IMG/VR virus record: IMGVR_UViG_3300032224_001591
Span: 83,249 to 147,248 of that record
Strand: one strand, 5' to 3'
Source of the DNA: a virus
Length of the DNA: 64,000 nt
The translations under genes and the position numbers were made by a program. The notes below the pieces were generated by a model. The model searched no databases. It had not been told where the DNA came from and saw only the letters and a program-made list of their open reading frames with translations. Shown one piece after another: positions 36,683 through 45,992 of this stretch. Position 1 is the first letter of the stretch. Each line of letters starts with the position of its first letter.

Positions 36683-39277
36683 ATGTATCAAAGTATATAT
36701 TACGATAGAGAAGAAAAACAATATTATCTTAGAGATGATAAACGAGGATGGAAACAATTTCAATATTGGCCTACTTACTATTTCCCTCATGAAGATGGAG
36801 AGTTTGAAACTCTAGATGGTAATAGAGTAATGCCTACTAAAAAAATAGCTGACTGGAATGATGTTAGTTATTATGAAAAAGATGTAGACAAATGTACTCG
36901 ATTGCTTGTAGATTATTATTACGAATCTGACGATACGCCTAATTATCACAATATCGTTTACCTGGATATTGAGTGTGAAATAGCAGGAGCATTGACTGAA
37001 GAAAGCATCAAAAATGCTCCTACTAAAATCACATCGGTAGCTCTATATGATAACAATAGTAAAAAATACTACTGTTTAATTCTAGATGAAACCAAATCAA
37101 TGAAATCAGTAAGCGATGAAAGTAAAGAAGTAATTCCGTATCACACTGAAAAAGAATTATTACGTGGATTTTTAGATTTTTGGATTGAACTAGATCCAAC
37201 AATCATTTCAGGTTGGAACAGTGGTTTCTTTGATATCCCTTATTTGTATTATCGTATTAGTAAGGTATTAGGAGAAGCAGTTGCTAATACTTTATCCCCA
37301 CTAGGTAAAATTACATTTACACCTCAATTCCCAGAACAACCTGTAAACATAGCAGGTGTTAGTCACTTAGACTATTTATTATTATTTAAGAAATTTATAA
37401 CAAAACAAGAACCGAGTTATCGTTTAGGTGACATAGGTACAAAATATGTTAAGTTAGGCAAAATTGATTATCATGGTTCGTTAGACAAATTATTTAAAGA
37501 AGATGTAAATAAGTTTATTGAGTATAATATTCGTGACGTTGAGATTATTGTTGAATTAGAAAAGAGTCAAAAATTTATTGATTTAACAGTTGCAATTGCT
37601 CACTTATGCCATACTGAATATGAACAAATATTCTTCTCAACGGTGTTAAATGAAGGTGCTATTTTAACTTACTTAAAACGTAAAGGTATTGTTTCACCTA
37701 ATAAACCAACTACATACAATCCAGCTTTAAGAGAGTTAAAGGAAGAATATGCTGGTGGTTACCTAAAAGATCCGGTTCCGGGTTTATATGAGTGGGTTAT
37801 TGACTTGGACTTTACATCACTATATCCTTCAATCATTCGTTCTCTTAATATGGGAATTGAAACATTAGTAGGACGTGTTGTAAATAGAGGTAAATTTGAT
37901 AATCAATGGTCACTTAAAGAATTAAAGGAAATGGATCCTGAATTCGTTGTAACTATTGAAAAAGTAAAAAAAGATAAACGATTATCTCAAGCACAAATCA
38001 CTGTAGGTAAATTAATCGAATTAATCGAAGGAAATGATTTATTAATTTCAGCACCCGGTGTTATGTTCCGTAAAGACAAAACAAGTGTAGTGTGTGAAAT
38101 TCTATCTGACTGGTTTGCTAAACGTCAAGAATATAAAAAGTTGATGAAGAAAGCATACAAAGAAGATAAAGATCCGGTTATGGGCGAATTTTATAATCGC
38201 CGTCAACACGCATATAAAATTAAATTAAACGACGTTTATGGTGTATTCGCTATCAATAGTTGGAGATACACAGACGGAAATAAATTCATTTCTAAAGCAA
38301 TTACTTTAACCGGTCAACGTTTAATCCAAGAATCTATCAAATTCACAAATGATTGGATAAATGAACAATTAGGTACCAAAAATAAAGATTACATTGTAAC
38401 TTCAGATACCGATTCATTGTTTATTCAAGTTAAGGATTTAATATTAAAACGTAATCCAAGTCTAAAAAATGCACCACGTAACGAAATCACAGCTGAAGTA
38501 TTAAAAGTAGCTACTGAAATACAAAAATTAGCAAATAATAATCTTCACATAATGGTTAAGGAATTATTTAATGTTGATTATCCTAACGAACCTCATTACT
38601 TTGAATTAAAACAAGAGGTTATACTTGAAAGGGGCTATTTCTCAGGTAAAAGAAGATATGCTCAATTTATTGTAAATAAGGAAGGTGTACCCGTAGAAGA
38701 ACTAGACATGAAGGGCTTAGATCTAATGAAATCTAATTTTCCACCATTGTTTAGAGATTTTGGAGAACATATCCTTAAAGAACTTATGTTTGGTAAAACT
38801 AAATCTTCTATTGATAAACAAATTTTAGACTTTAGAACATCACTACGAACAGTAGAATGGGAAAAAATACTTAAACCAACTGGTTTAAAGAAATTAGAAG
38901 AATATATTGCACGGGGACCAAGTGCAGGTGAAATATTTTCTAAATTAGCACTAAAATGTCCTATTAATACTAAAGCAGCAATTTATTATAACGATATGCT
39001 TCGTTTTAAAAAATTAGATAAAAAATTTCCATGCTTTCAAATTGGTGATAAAATGTTTATTGCTTATTTAAAAGAAAATCCATATCAAATAGAGGTTATA
39101 GGATTCAACGGATACAATGATCCTCCAGAAATAATGGAATTTATTGAAAAATATATTGACCGTGATGGTATCTTTGAATCAGTTATGAAAAATAAATTAG
39201 AATCGGTTTATAGTGATTTAGGATGGGGTGCGCCGGTATTTAATAACAACGTAAGCAAGTTTTTCTCATTTGGCTAA
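36683..39277 (+). CDS. DNA polymerase family B (T4 gp43-like)
   Basis: Exonuclease DIE and GWN...FD motifs. Polymerase DFTSLYPSII, KIKLNDVYG, SDTDS, KRRYA and KGLD. Confidence 0.95.
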   Translation: MYQSIYYDREEKQYYLRDDKRGWKQFQYWPTYYFPHEDGEFETLDGNRVMPTKKIADWNDVSYYEKDVDKCTRLLVDYYYESDDTPNYHNIVYLDIECEIAGALTEESIKNAPTKITSVALYDNNSKKYYCLILDETKSMKSVSDESKEVIPYHTEKELLRGFLDFWIELDPTIISGWNSGFFDIPYLYYRISKVLGEAVANTLSPLGKITFTPQFPEQPVNIAGVSHLDYLLLFKKFITKQEPSYRLGDIGTKYVKLGKIDYHGSLDKLFKEDVNKFIEYNIRDVEIIVELEKSQKFIDLTVAIAHLCHTEYEQIFFSTVLNEGAILTYLKRKGIVSPNKPTTYNPALRELKEEYAGGYLKDPVPGLYEWVIDLDFTSLYPSIIRSLNMGIETLVGRVVNRGKFDNQWSLKELKEMDPEFVVTIEKVKKDKRLSQAQITVGKLIELIEGNDLLISAPGVMFRKDKTSVVCEILSDWFAKRQEYKKLMKKAYKEDKDPVMGEFYNRRQHAYKIKLNDVYGVFAINSWRYTDGNKFISKAITLTGQRLIQESIKFTNDWINEQLGTKNKDYIVTSDTDSLFIQVKDLILKRNPSLKNAPRNEITAEVLKVATEIQKLANNNLHIMVKELFNVDYPNEPHYFELKQEVILERGYFSGKRRYAQFIVNKEGVPVEELDMKGLDLMKSNFPPLFRDFGEHILKELMFGKTKSSIDKQILDFRTSLRTVEWEKILKPTGLKKLEEYIARGPSAGEIFSKLALKCPINTKAAIYYNDMLRFKKLDKKFPCFQIGDKMFIAYLKENPYQIEVIGFNGYNDPPEIMEFIEKYIDRDGIFESVMKNKLESVYSDLGWGAPVFNNNVSKFFSFG

Positions 39278-39298
39278 GCCAAAAAAATTTATTATATT
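39270..39298 (+). promoter_or_regulatory. TTGG-N19-TATATT promoter
   Basis: Exact motif upstream of the clamp gene. Confidence 0.7.
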
Positions 39299-39306
39299 AA
39301 TAGTAT

Positions 39307-40047
39307 ATGATTAGCAAATTAGATTTAGTATCCGTTATTTCAAAGTATTATTTGAACGGAATGAATGAAGCAGTTAGATGGGAAATTAAAGACGAAACAG
39401 TAAACATTAAATTTACTTCCCCTGCAAAAGAAATGATTGGTAGTGTTGTTTTCAAAGGAATGCCTCTTGAAGATTCAACTATTGCTATTAGTAATACTAC
39501 TCAATTGATTAAATTGTTATCTATTACAAGTGGTTATTTAAAATTAGATTATGTTAAACAACATAAACTGATTGAAAAACTTATGGTAGCTGATAATCAA
39601 TTTACACTTAATTATGCTTTAGCAGATTTGATGATTATTCCTAAAACAGGTGAATTGAATGGAGAAATTGCATTTAATATGGAAGCTGATTTAGACAATG
39701 AAAGTATCAATGCTATTGTAAAAGCAAAATCAGCATTAGCTGAAAGTGAAACTGTAGTAATTAAACCAACTTCAAACGATGATGGTGAATTTCAATTAGA
39801 ATTGGAATTTGGTGGTAATGTAGAATATGCTAATAAAGTATCATTTTATATTCCTAATGTAGAAACTACAAACATACCAGATGAATTTAAAGTACATTAC
39901 AATTCAAACATGATTAAAGAAATTATGTATTGTAATAAAGATATGGCATCAGGTCGTATTGCTATAAATTTAGATGGTTTAATGAAATTAGAGTTCGAGA
40001 ACGATACTCTTAAAAGTACTTATTACCTTGTTGCAAATGAAATATAA
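39307..40047 (+). CDS. DNA sliding clamp (gp45/PCNA-like)
   Basis: 246 aa ending in STYYLVA. Lies between polB and the clamp-loader genes. Confidence 0.65.
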   Translation: MISKLDLVSVISKYYLNGMNEAVRWEIKDETVNIKFTSPAKEMIGSVVFKGMPLEDSTIAISNTTQLIKLLSITSGYLKLDYVKQHKLIEKLMVADNQFTLNYALADLMIIPKTGELNGEIAFNMEADLDNESINAIVKAKSALAESETVVIKPTSNDDGEFQLELEFGGNVEYANKVSFYIPNVETTNIPDEFKVHYNSNMIKEIMYCNKDMASGRIAINLDGLMKLEFENDTLKSTYYLVANEI

Positions 40048-40054
40048 GGCAACA

Positions 40055-40062
40055 TATTTATA
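40055..40062 (+). promoter_or_regulatory. TATTTATA motif (putative late promoter)
   Basis: Intergenic, before groES. Confidence 0.5.
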
Positions 40063-40092
40063 ATATATAAACAAAGTTTTAAAAAATAGTCT

Positions 40093-40383
40093 ATGAAATT
40101 ACAAGCAGTTTACAATGCAATTATTGTAAAGCCCTTCGATGAAGAGGAAACAATGTACGGAAACATTATCGTTCCAGATTTAGGAAAAGAAAGAAATTTA
40201 AGCGGCACTATTGTGTCTGTAGGACCTGGTCAACATTCCATCTCAGGTGAACTTTTACCTACATTATTAAAAGTAGGTCAAAAAGTTATTTTACCCCAAA
40301 TGGGACCTGTAAAAGTAGAACATGATGGTATTGAATATTATGTGTGCCCAGAAAACCAAGTATTGGCAATTATAAACGATTAA
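40093..40383 (+). CDS. groES: Co-chaperonin GroES
   Basis: GNIIVPD mobile loop, GTIVSVGPG, KVGQKV. Confidence 0.92.
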   Translation: MKLQAVYNAIIVKPFDEEETMYGNIIVPDLGKERNLSGTIVSVGPGQHSISGELLPTLLKVGQKVILPQMGPVKVEHDGIEYYVCPENQVLAIIND

Positions 40384-40393
40384 AATAAGTTAT

Positions 40394-42010
40394 ATGAGTA
40401 AAATTATAGAATTCGGCCCAGAAGCCCGTAGAAAGTTATCTAGTGGTGTTGACAAATTGTCAAACGCAGTAACCGCAACTTTAGGTCCTAATGGACGTAA
40501 CGTTGTTATTTCAAAACCAGGTGAATACCCTCAATCAACTAAAGATGGTGTTACAGTAGCTAAAGCTATTACCTTAGAAGATCCAATTGAAGAATTAGGT
40601 GTTCAAATGGTTAAACAAGCAGCTATCAAAACTGCAGAAACAGCAGGTGATGGTACTACAACATCTACTTTATTAGCACAAGAAATGGTTAAACAAGGTT
40701 TAACTTATTTAAACAATGGAGCTAACGCTGTAGAAATTAAACGTAGTATTGATGTTGCTGTTAGAGATGTTTTAAAACATATTCGTGAAGAAATTAAAGA
40801 AAATATTTCATCTGAAGATCAATTAAAACAAGTAGCATCCATTTCAGCTAACAATGATCCAGCAATTGGAGAATTGATTGCAACGGCAATGCAAAAAGTA
40901 GGACGTGAAGGTGTTGTTCACATTGAAGAATCAAAATCAGGTGAAACGTATCTTGAAACAGTAGAAGGTATGCAATTTGATCGTGGTTATAAATCACCTT
41001 ACTTTGTTACTGATAACAATACAATGTCTAGTACTTTAAATGATATTTTAGTTCTTATCTTAGATAAAAAAATTACTCAAGTAAAAGAATTATTACCTAT
41101 TTTAGAAACAGTATCTGCTCAAAATAAATCATTATTGATTGTAGCTGAAGATATTGATGGTGAAGCATTAGCAACGTTGATCGTAAATAAAGCAAGAGGT
41201 ATTTTAAAAGTATGTGCTGTTAAAGCTCCTGATTTTGGTGATCGTCGTAAATTAATTCTTGAAGATTTAGCTATTTTAACAGGTGGTCAAGTAGTTAGTT
41301 CTGAAAAAGGAATGAAATTAGATCGTTTTAATACTGATTGGTTTGGTAAAGCTAGAGTAGCTACCATTGATAAAGACAATACAACTATTGTTGATGGTAA
41401 AGGTGAAGAAACAGCAATTAATCAACGAATTGAAGAATTACAAATCCAAATTGAAAATGCAAAATCACCATTTGAACAAGAAAAATTACAAGAACGTTTA
41501 GCTAAATTCATTGGCGGTGTAGCAATTATTCACGTTGGTGGAAACACTGAAACTGAAATGAAAGAAACTAAAGATCGTGTTGACGATGCTTTACACGCTA
41601 CAAAAGCAGCAATTGAAGAAGGTATTGTACCCGGTGGTGGAGTTACATTATTACACGCACGTAACGGTATTAATAACCGCGATACTATTGGTTCTAAAAT
41701 CGTTTGGAATGCTTGTGCTGCTCCATTTAAGAAAATACTTGAAAACGCAGGTTACGAACCTGAAAATGTTTACAATGCTATCAATGCCGTTACAGGTGGT
41801 GATTATTGGTTCGGATGGGATTTAAAAGCAGAAACATTTACTGATATGAAAGAAGCAGGAATTATTGATCCAGCCAAAGTAACACGTTGCGCTTTAGAAA
41901 ATGCAGCATCCGTAGCAGGAACAATTTTATTAACAGAATGTACTGTTGTTGACAAACCTGAAGAAAAGAAAGACCAACAAGGATTTGGAGACATGGGAGG
42001 AATGTATTAG
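40394..42010 (+). CDS. groEL: Chaperonin GroEL
   Basis: TLGPNGRNV, TKDGVTVA, AGDGTTT, EGMQFDRGY, KAPDFGDRRK and a GGM tail. Confidence 0.97.
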   Translation: MSKIIEFGPEARRKLSSGVDKLSNAVTATLGPNGRNVVISKPGEYPQSTKDGVTVAKAITLEDPIEELGVQMVKQAAIKTAETAGDGTTTSTLLAQEMVKQGLTYLNNGANAVEIKRSIDVAVRDVLKHIREEIKENISSEDQLKQVASISANNDPAIGELIATAMQKVGREGVVHIEESKSGETYLETVEGMQFDRGYKSPYFVTDNNTMSSTLNDILVLILDKKITQVKELLPILETVSAQNKSLLIVAEDIDGEALATLIVNKARGILKVCAVKAPDFGDRRKLILEDLAILTGGQVVSSEKGMKLDRFNTDWFGKARVATIDKDNTTIVDGKGEETAINQRIEELQIQIENAKSPFEQEKLQERLAKFIGGVAIIHVGGNTETEMKETKDRVDDALHATKAAIEEGIVPGGGVTLLHARNGINNRDTIGSKIVWNACAAPFKKILENAGYEPENVYNAINAVTGGDYWFGWDLKAETFTDMKEAGIIDPAKVTRCALENAASVAGTILLTECTVVDKPEEKKDQQGFGDMGGMY

Positions 42011-42019
42011 ATTCAACCA

Positions 42020-42283
42020 ATGGCAAAGCAAGTAAAAGAAGTAAACATATTAATCGCTACAAGAGTTCCACCTTCTGATAGGTGGAAACTTGTAAGTGAT
42101 GGTCCTGAGGGAACAATTTACAAGTCGCTTACTGAAACATTAGAAGCATATTTTCAAAAAACAAAAGAACCTTGTGAATTTAGATTAGCTCCTTTAAAAG
42201 GAGAGTTGTATATGATTACAACAAAAGAAGAAACAATAAAGCAAGATCCTCCTAAGAAATACAACATTTACGGAGATCATTAA
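42020..42283 (+). CDS. Hypothetical protein
   Basis: 87-aa ORF. Confidence 0.65.
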   Translation: MAKQVKEVNILIATRVPPSDRWKLVSDGPEGTIYKSLTETLEAYFQKTKEPCEFRLAPLKGELYMITTKEETIKQDPPKKYNIYGDH

Positions 42284-42299
42284 GTTATAAAAATTAGTT

Positions 42300-43229
42300 A
42301 TGAAACAACACACAATTTGGAACGAATTGTATAGGCCAACGACCTTAGAAGGTTATGTTTGTACCGAAGAGAACAGAGACAAATTTCAGGAATTTATTGA
42401 TAAACAAGATATTCCACACTTATTATTTGCTGGTAAACCTGGCTCAGGTAAAACCACATTAGCAAAAATATTAGTTAATAACATTGATTGTGATTTTCTT
42501 TATATTAATGCTGCTGATGAAAGAAGTATGGATGTTATGAGAGAAAAAGTAGGTTCATTTGCTGCTGCTAGTAGCTTTAAACCACTTAAAATTGTAATAC
42601 TAGACGAGGCAACTCATATATTGCAAGCATCTCAGGTAGTATTATTAAACATGATGGAAACGTATAGTTTAAAAACCCGTTTTATATTAACAGGTAACTA
42701 TCCAGAACGTTTAATAGATCCGCTTCGTAGTCGTTGTCAGGAATTTGATTTACAACCACCATCAAAAAAGGTAATTGCTCAACATATTGACAATATCTTA
42801 AATAGTCAAAACATAGAACACACATTAGAAGATATTGCTGTTATAATTAAAAAATTCTACCCTGACTACAGACGAATTATTAACAGTTGTCAAAAATATA
42901 CTGTAAATAATGTATTAAAATTAGATAACACAATCAATGTATCTAATGACTATAAACAGCAAATACTGGCCGAATTAAAAGCACCAAATGCTAAATCGTT
43001 TAATACACTTAGACAAATATTGGCCGACGCTGATTTAAATGATTATGAGGATTTATATCGATTTTTATATGATTCGTTAGGTGAATATTCTAAGAACAAT
43101 GATGGTATTTTAATCATTTATATTGAAGAATACAAATTTCATTCATTATCAAGAGTAGACCAAGAAATATGTTTCATGGCTCTATTATCAAAAATATTAC
43201 AAACAATTTCAAATAAAAAAGTACTATGA
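42300..43229 (+). CDS. Clamp loader ATPase subunit (RFC/gp44-like)
   Basis: W.E.YRP, PHLLFAGKPGSGKTT, ILDEA, LRSRC. Confidence 0.92.
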   Translation: MKQHTIWNELYRPTTLEGYVCTEENRDKFQEFIDKQDIPHLLFAGKPGSGKTTLAKILVNNIDCDFLYINAADERSMDVMREKVGSFAAASSFKPLKIVILDEATHILQASQVVLLNMMETYSLKTRFILTGNYPERLIDPLRSRCQEFDLQPPSKKVIAQHIDNILNSQNIEHTLEDIAVIIKKFYPDYRRIINSCQKYTVNNVLKLDNTINVSNDYKQQILAELKAPNAKSFNTLRQILADADLNDYEDLYRFLYDSLGEYSKNNDGILIIYIEEYKFHSLSRVDQEICFMALLSKILQTISNKKVL

Positions 43230-43462
43230 ACCAACCAAAATTAAACATTGACATTAAGTCAACAACATCAATCACGTCTCCTGAAGGAAACAAATTATTT
43301 GCTGAAGGAGTTATTTTACGTAAAGTATCTAAATTTGTAGCTGGCACTCCAGAAGATGCAGTTATACCAGTACCAGTTTTTTATGATATAAAAACAGGAA
43401 ATATATTAGTTGAAATGTTACCTAAAGAATTAAGAGAAGAATTTAGCAATGACAATATTTGA
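43226..43462 (+). CDS. Hypothetical protein
   Basis: 78-aa ORF with an ATGA overlap. Confidence 0.65.
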   Translation: MNQPKLNIDIKSTTSITSPEGNKLFAEGVILRKVSKFVAGTPEDAVIPVPVFYDIKTGNILVEMLPKELREEFSNDNI

Positions 43463-43871
43463 TTGGCTTAAACAAATAACAGGAGAGAAACGTAGATGGG
43501 AATTATTTACAGAAGTTGAAAAGGAGTCATTTAACCCTTATATGACTCATCGTTTCATCAGTATGTATGAAGGATATATTAATATAGCAAATTACATTCA
43601 AACCATACCATACACCGAAAAAGAAAAAATCTATAAAATCTATTGCGACATGATTCCGAAAAAAAATGTTTTTTTAAAGTACATTAAGTCATCTAAAAAA
43701 CGTACCCCCGACACTCTTTTACAGTACATTGCTAAAGAATATACCGTTTCGCTTGGAGAAGCCGAAGAATATTCGTATATTCTAGGTAAAGCTGGCATTA
43801 TTCATATTCTACATAAACATGGTGTAGATGAAAAAGAACAGAAAAAATTATTAAAAGACTTAATTCTATGA
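43449..43871 (+). CDS. Clamp loader small subunit (gp62-like)
   Basis: F...FNPYMTHRFISM...IPKKNVFLKYIK pattern, adjacent to the clamp loader. Confidence 0.65.
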   Translation: MTIFDWLKQITGEKRRWELFTEVEKESFNPYMTHRFISMYEGYINIANYIQTIPYTEKEKIYKIYCDMIPKKNVFLKYIKSSKKRTPDTLLQYIAKEYTVSLGEAEEYSYILGKAGIIHILHKHGVDEKEQKKLLKDLIL

Positions 43872-44245
43872 CAAAAAACAATGAGTTATATCCTTACTCA
43901 TATGAGAATCAAAATGCAATAAAAGCATTTGAAGAAACATATCCTACATTAGCTGAAGAATTTAAAAAAATTCAAACCGAACAATACGCTTTGTTTGCTA
44001 AAAAAATGATGGATTACGGAATTGGAAATATTGCTTTAGGATCAGATTTATCAGATGCTGAAGATGTAAAATTCTCAATTATGGGAATTTGGTTGCGTTG
44101 CAGTGATAAAATTAACCGCCTAAAAAACTTACTTAAAAATGGTAAGAATTATGTTGGTGGAGAAGGAATGATTGATAGTTTTATAGACATTGCTAATTAT
44201 GGAATTATAGCAATGATGGTTTTACGAAATAAATGGAAAAAATAA
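43868..44245 (+). CDS. Nucleotide modification associated domain 1 (DUF1599-like) protein
   Basis: K..DYG..N, R..DKINRL, DSFIDIANYGII. Confidence 0.75.
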   Translation: MTKNNELYPYSYENQNAIKAFEETYPTLAEEFKKIQTEQYALFAKKMMDYGIGNIALGSDLSDAEDVKFSIMGIWLRCSDKINRLKNLLKNGKNYVGGEGMIDSFIDIANYGIIAMMVLRNKWKK

Positions 44246-44246
44246 A

Positions 44247-44780
44247 ATGCCCTCAAGTTTACACGATTTAAAAGAAGCTATATTTGAACACATCAGAACG
44301 ATGGTGTTAGAACATTTACCTCAACGATATAAAATATTAGATGTAGGTCCAGGAATAGGTATTTATGGAAGTAATTTAACAGATTTAAATATAGATGCTG
44401 TTGAAATTCATGAACCCTATATTGAAAAATATAATATTAAAAGATATTATAAAAATGTATTTGTAGGAGATATTACTGAATTTGATATAGACGATTATGA
44501 TTATATCATTATGGGAGATGTTTTAGAACATATTCCGGTTTGGAAAGCTCAAAGATTAATCCAATCAATTACTGAAAAAAATATTAAGTGTTTAGTTGCT
44601 GTTCCTTATTTATGTCCCCAAGACGCAGTTGATGGAGTAGAATCAGAAATACATTATCAATGGGATTTAACTCCTAGAGTTATGAAATCAAGGTATCCTG
44701 AATTAGAATTATTTTTAAGTACTAACCATGTAAACGGATACGCTTACTATACAAATTACCATACATTCAATAAGTTTTGA
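44247..44780 (+). CDS. Class I SAM-dependent methyltransferase
   Basis: ILDVGPGIG, DAVE, GDVLEHI. Confidence 0.8.
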   Translation: MPSSLHDLKEAIFEHIRTMVLEHLPQRYKILDVGPGIGIYGSNLTDLNIDAVEIHEPYIEKYNIKRYYKNVFVGDITEFDIDDYDYIIMGDVLEHIPVWKAQRLIQSITEKNIKCLVAVPYLCPQDAVDGVESEIHYQWDLTPRVMKSRYPELELFLSTNHVNGYAYYTNYHTFNKF

Positions 44781-45736
44781 GTAAAAAGAAAAAGGTTATA
44801 CCCGCAATAATAAAGGAAGTCAGACAACGTACTTTTTTACCAATTGAATATGCATATCAAAAATCGATATCATTTAGTCAGTTGTCTGTATTCCGTAGTT
44901 GCCCTCGTAAATGGTCTTTACAATATAAAGATGGACATTATACTTCAGAACAGTCTATCCATATGACGTTTGGTACAGCATTACATGAAACATTACAACA
45001 TTATATAATTACATTGTATGAAGTAAGTGCTGCTGAAGCTGATCGACTTGATTTAGAGACTTATTTTGAAGATAAATTAGGTGAGGTTTATAGAAAAAGT
45101 TATGAGGATAATAAAAAAATTCATTTTAGTAATCCTAGTGAATTAAGAGAATTTTATAACGACGGGGTTGAAATTTTAAAATATATTAAGAAAAAAAGAA
45201 ATACTTATTTTAGTAAAAAGGAATGGAGTTTAGTAGGTTGTGAATTACCTATTCAACTAACACCTAATCCACTTTACAAAAATACAATTTATAAAGGTTA
45301 TTTAGACTTAGTTTTATATCATGAACCAACAAATAAAATCAAAATTATTGATATTAAAACATCAACTCGTGGTTGGAGTGATATAAATAAAAAAGACGAA
45401 GATAAACAGTTCCAATTAATATTATATAAACAATACTTCAGCCAATTATACAATATCCCTATTGACAATATTGAAGTAGAATTTTTTATAGTCAAACGAA
45501 AGGTACCTGAAGTAAGTGATTTCCCTATTAGACGAGTTCAAATATTTGAACCAGCAAGCGGTAAAGTAAAATTGAATAAAGCGACAAGCGCTGTAAAAGA
45601 ATTTATCGAAGAAGTATTCAATATAGATGGAACTCATAAAGATAAAAATTACCAACCTCAACCAAGCAAACACAATTGTTCATTTTGTCCTTTTAAAGAT
45701 AAAAAAGAACTTTGCGATAAGGGTTTGACTTTATAA
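44777..45736 (+). CDS. PD-(D/E)XK nuclease (Cas4/AddB-like, 4-Cys Fe-S)
   Basis: S.SQL...CP, GTALH, GYLD, IIDIKT, QL.LY, CSFCPF...C. TTG start. Confidence 0.85.
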   Translation: MSKKKKVIPAIIKEVRQRTFLPIEYAYQKSISFSQLSVFRSCPRKWSLQYKDGHYTSEQSIHMTFGTALHETLQHYIITLYEVSAAEADRLDLETYFEDKLGEVYRKSYEDNKKIHFSNPSELREFYNDGVEILKYIKKKRNTYFSKKEWSLVGCELPIQLTPNPLYKNTIYKGYLDLVLYHEPTNKIKIIDIKTSTRGWSDINKKDEDKQFQLILYKQYFSQLYNIPIDNIEVEFFIVKRKVPEVSDFPIRRVQIFEPASGKVKLNKATSAVKEFIEEVFNIDGTHKDKNYQPQPSKHNCSFCPFKDKKELCDKGLTL

Positions 45737-45747
45737 GAATCCTAATA

Positions 45748-45755
45748 TATTTATA
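45748..45755 (+). promoter_or_regulatory. TATTTATA motif
   Basis: Intergenic, upstream of the glycosyltransferase cluster. Confidence 0.45.
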
Positions 45756-45776
45756 TACGATAACAAAATTAAATTT

Positions 45777-45968
45777 ATGAGCAAAAAAGACATGACATTG
45801 ACCTCTGTAAAGGTACAGAGCGAGTTATTCGAGAGTTTTAAAATCGCTTGTGTTAAGTACAAATTTTCCTTGCAAAAACTTGCCGACCGCACTATTCATT
45901 TGTATCTTACTGATGAGAATTTTAGAAAACAAATTCACAATCACAACAATATAGACACAAAAGATTAA
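45777..45968 (+). CDS. Small protein, possible ribbon-helix-helix regulator
   Basis: LTSVKV beta-strand followed by two helices. Confidence 0.5.
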   Translation: MSKKDMTLTSVKVQSELFESFKIACVKYKFSLQKLADRTIHLYLTDENFRKQIHNHNNIDTKD

Positions 45969-45992
45969 TTAAAAACAACTAAAAAAAGTTAT

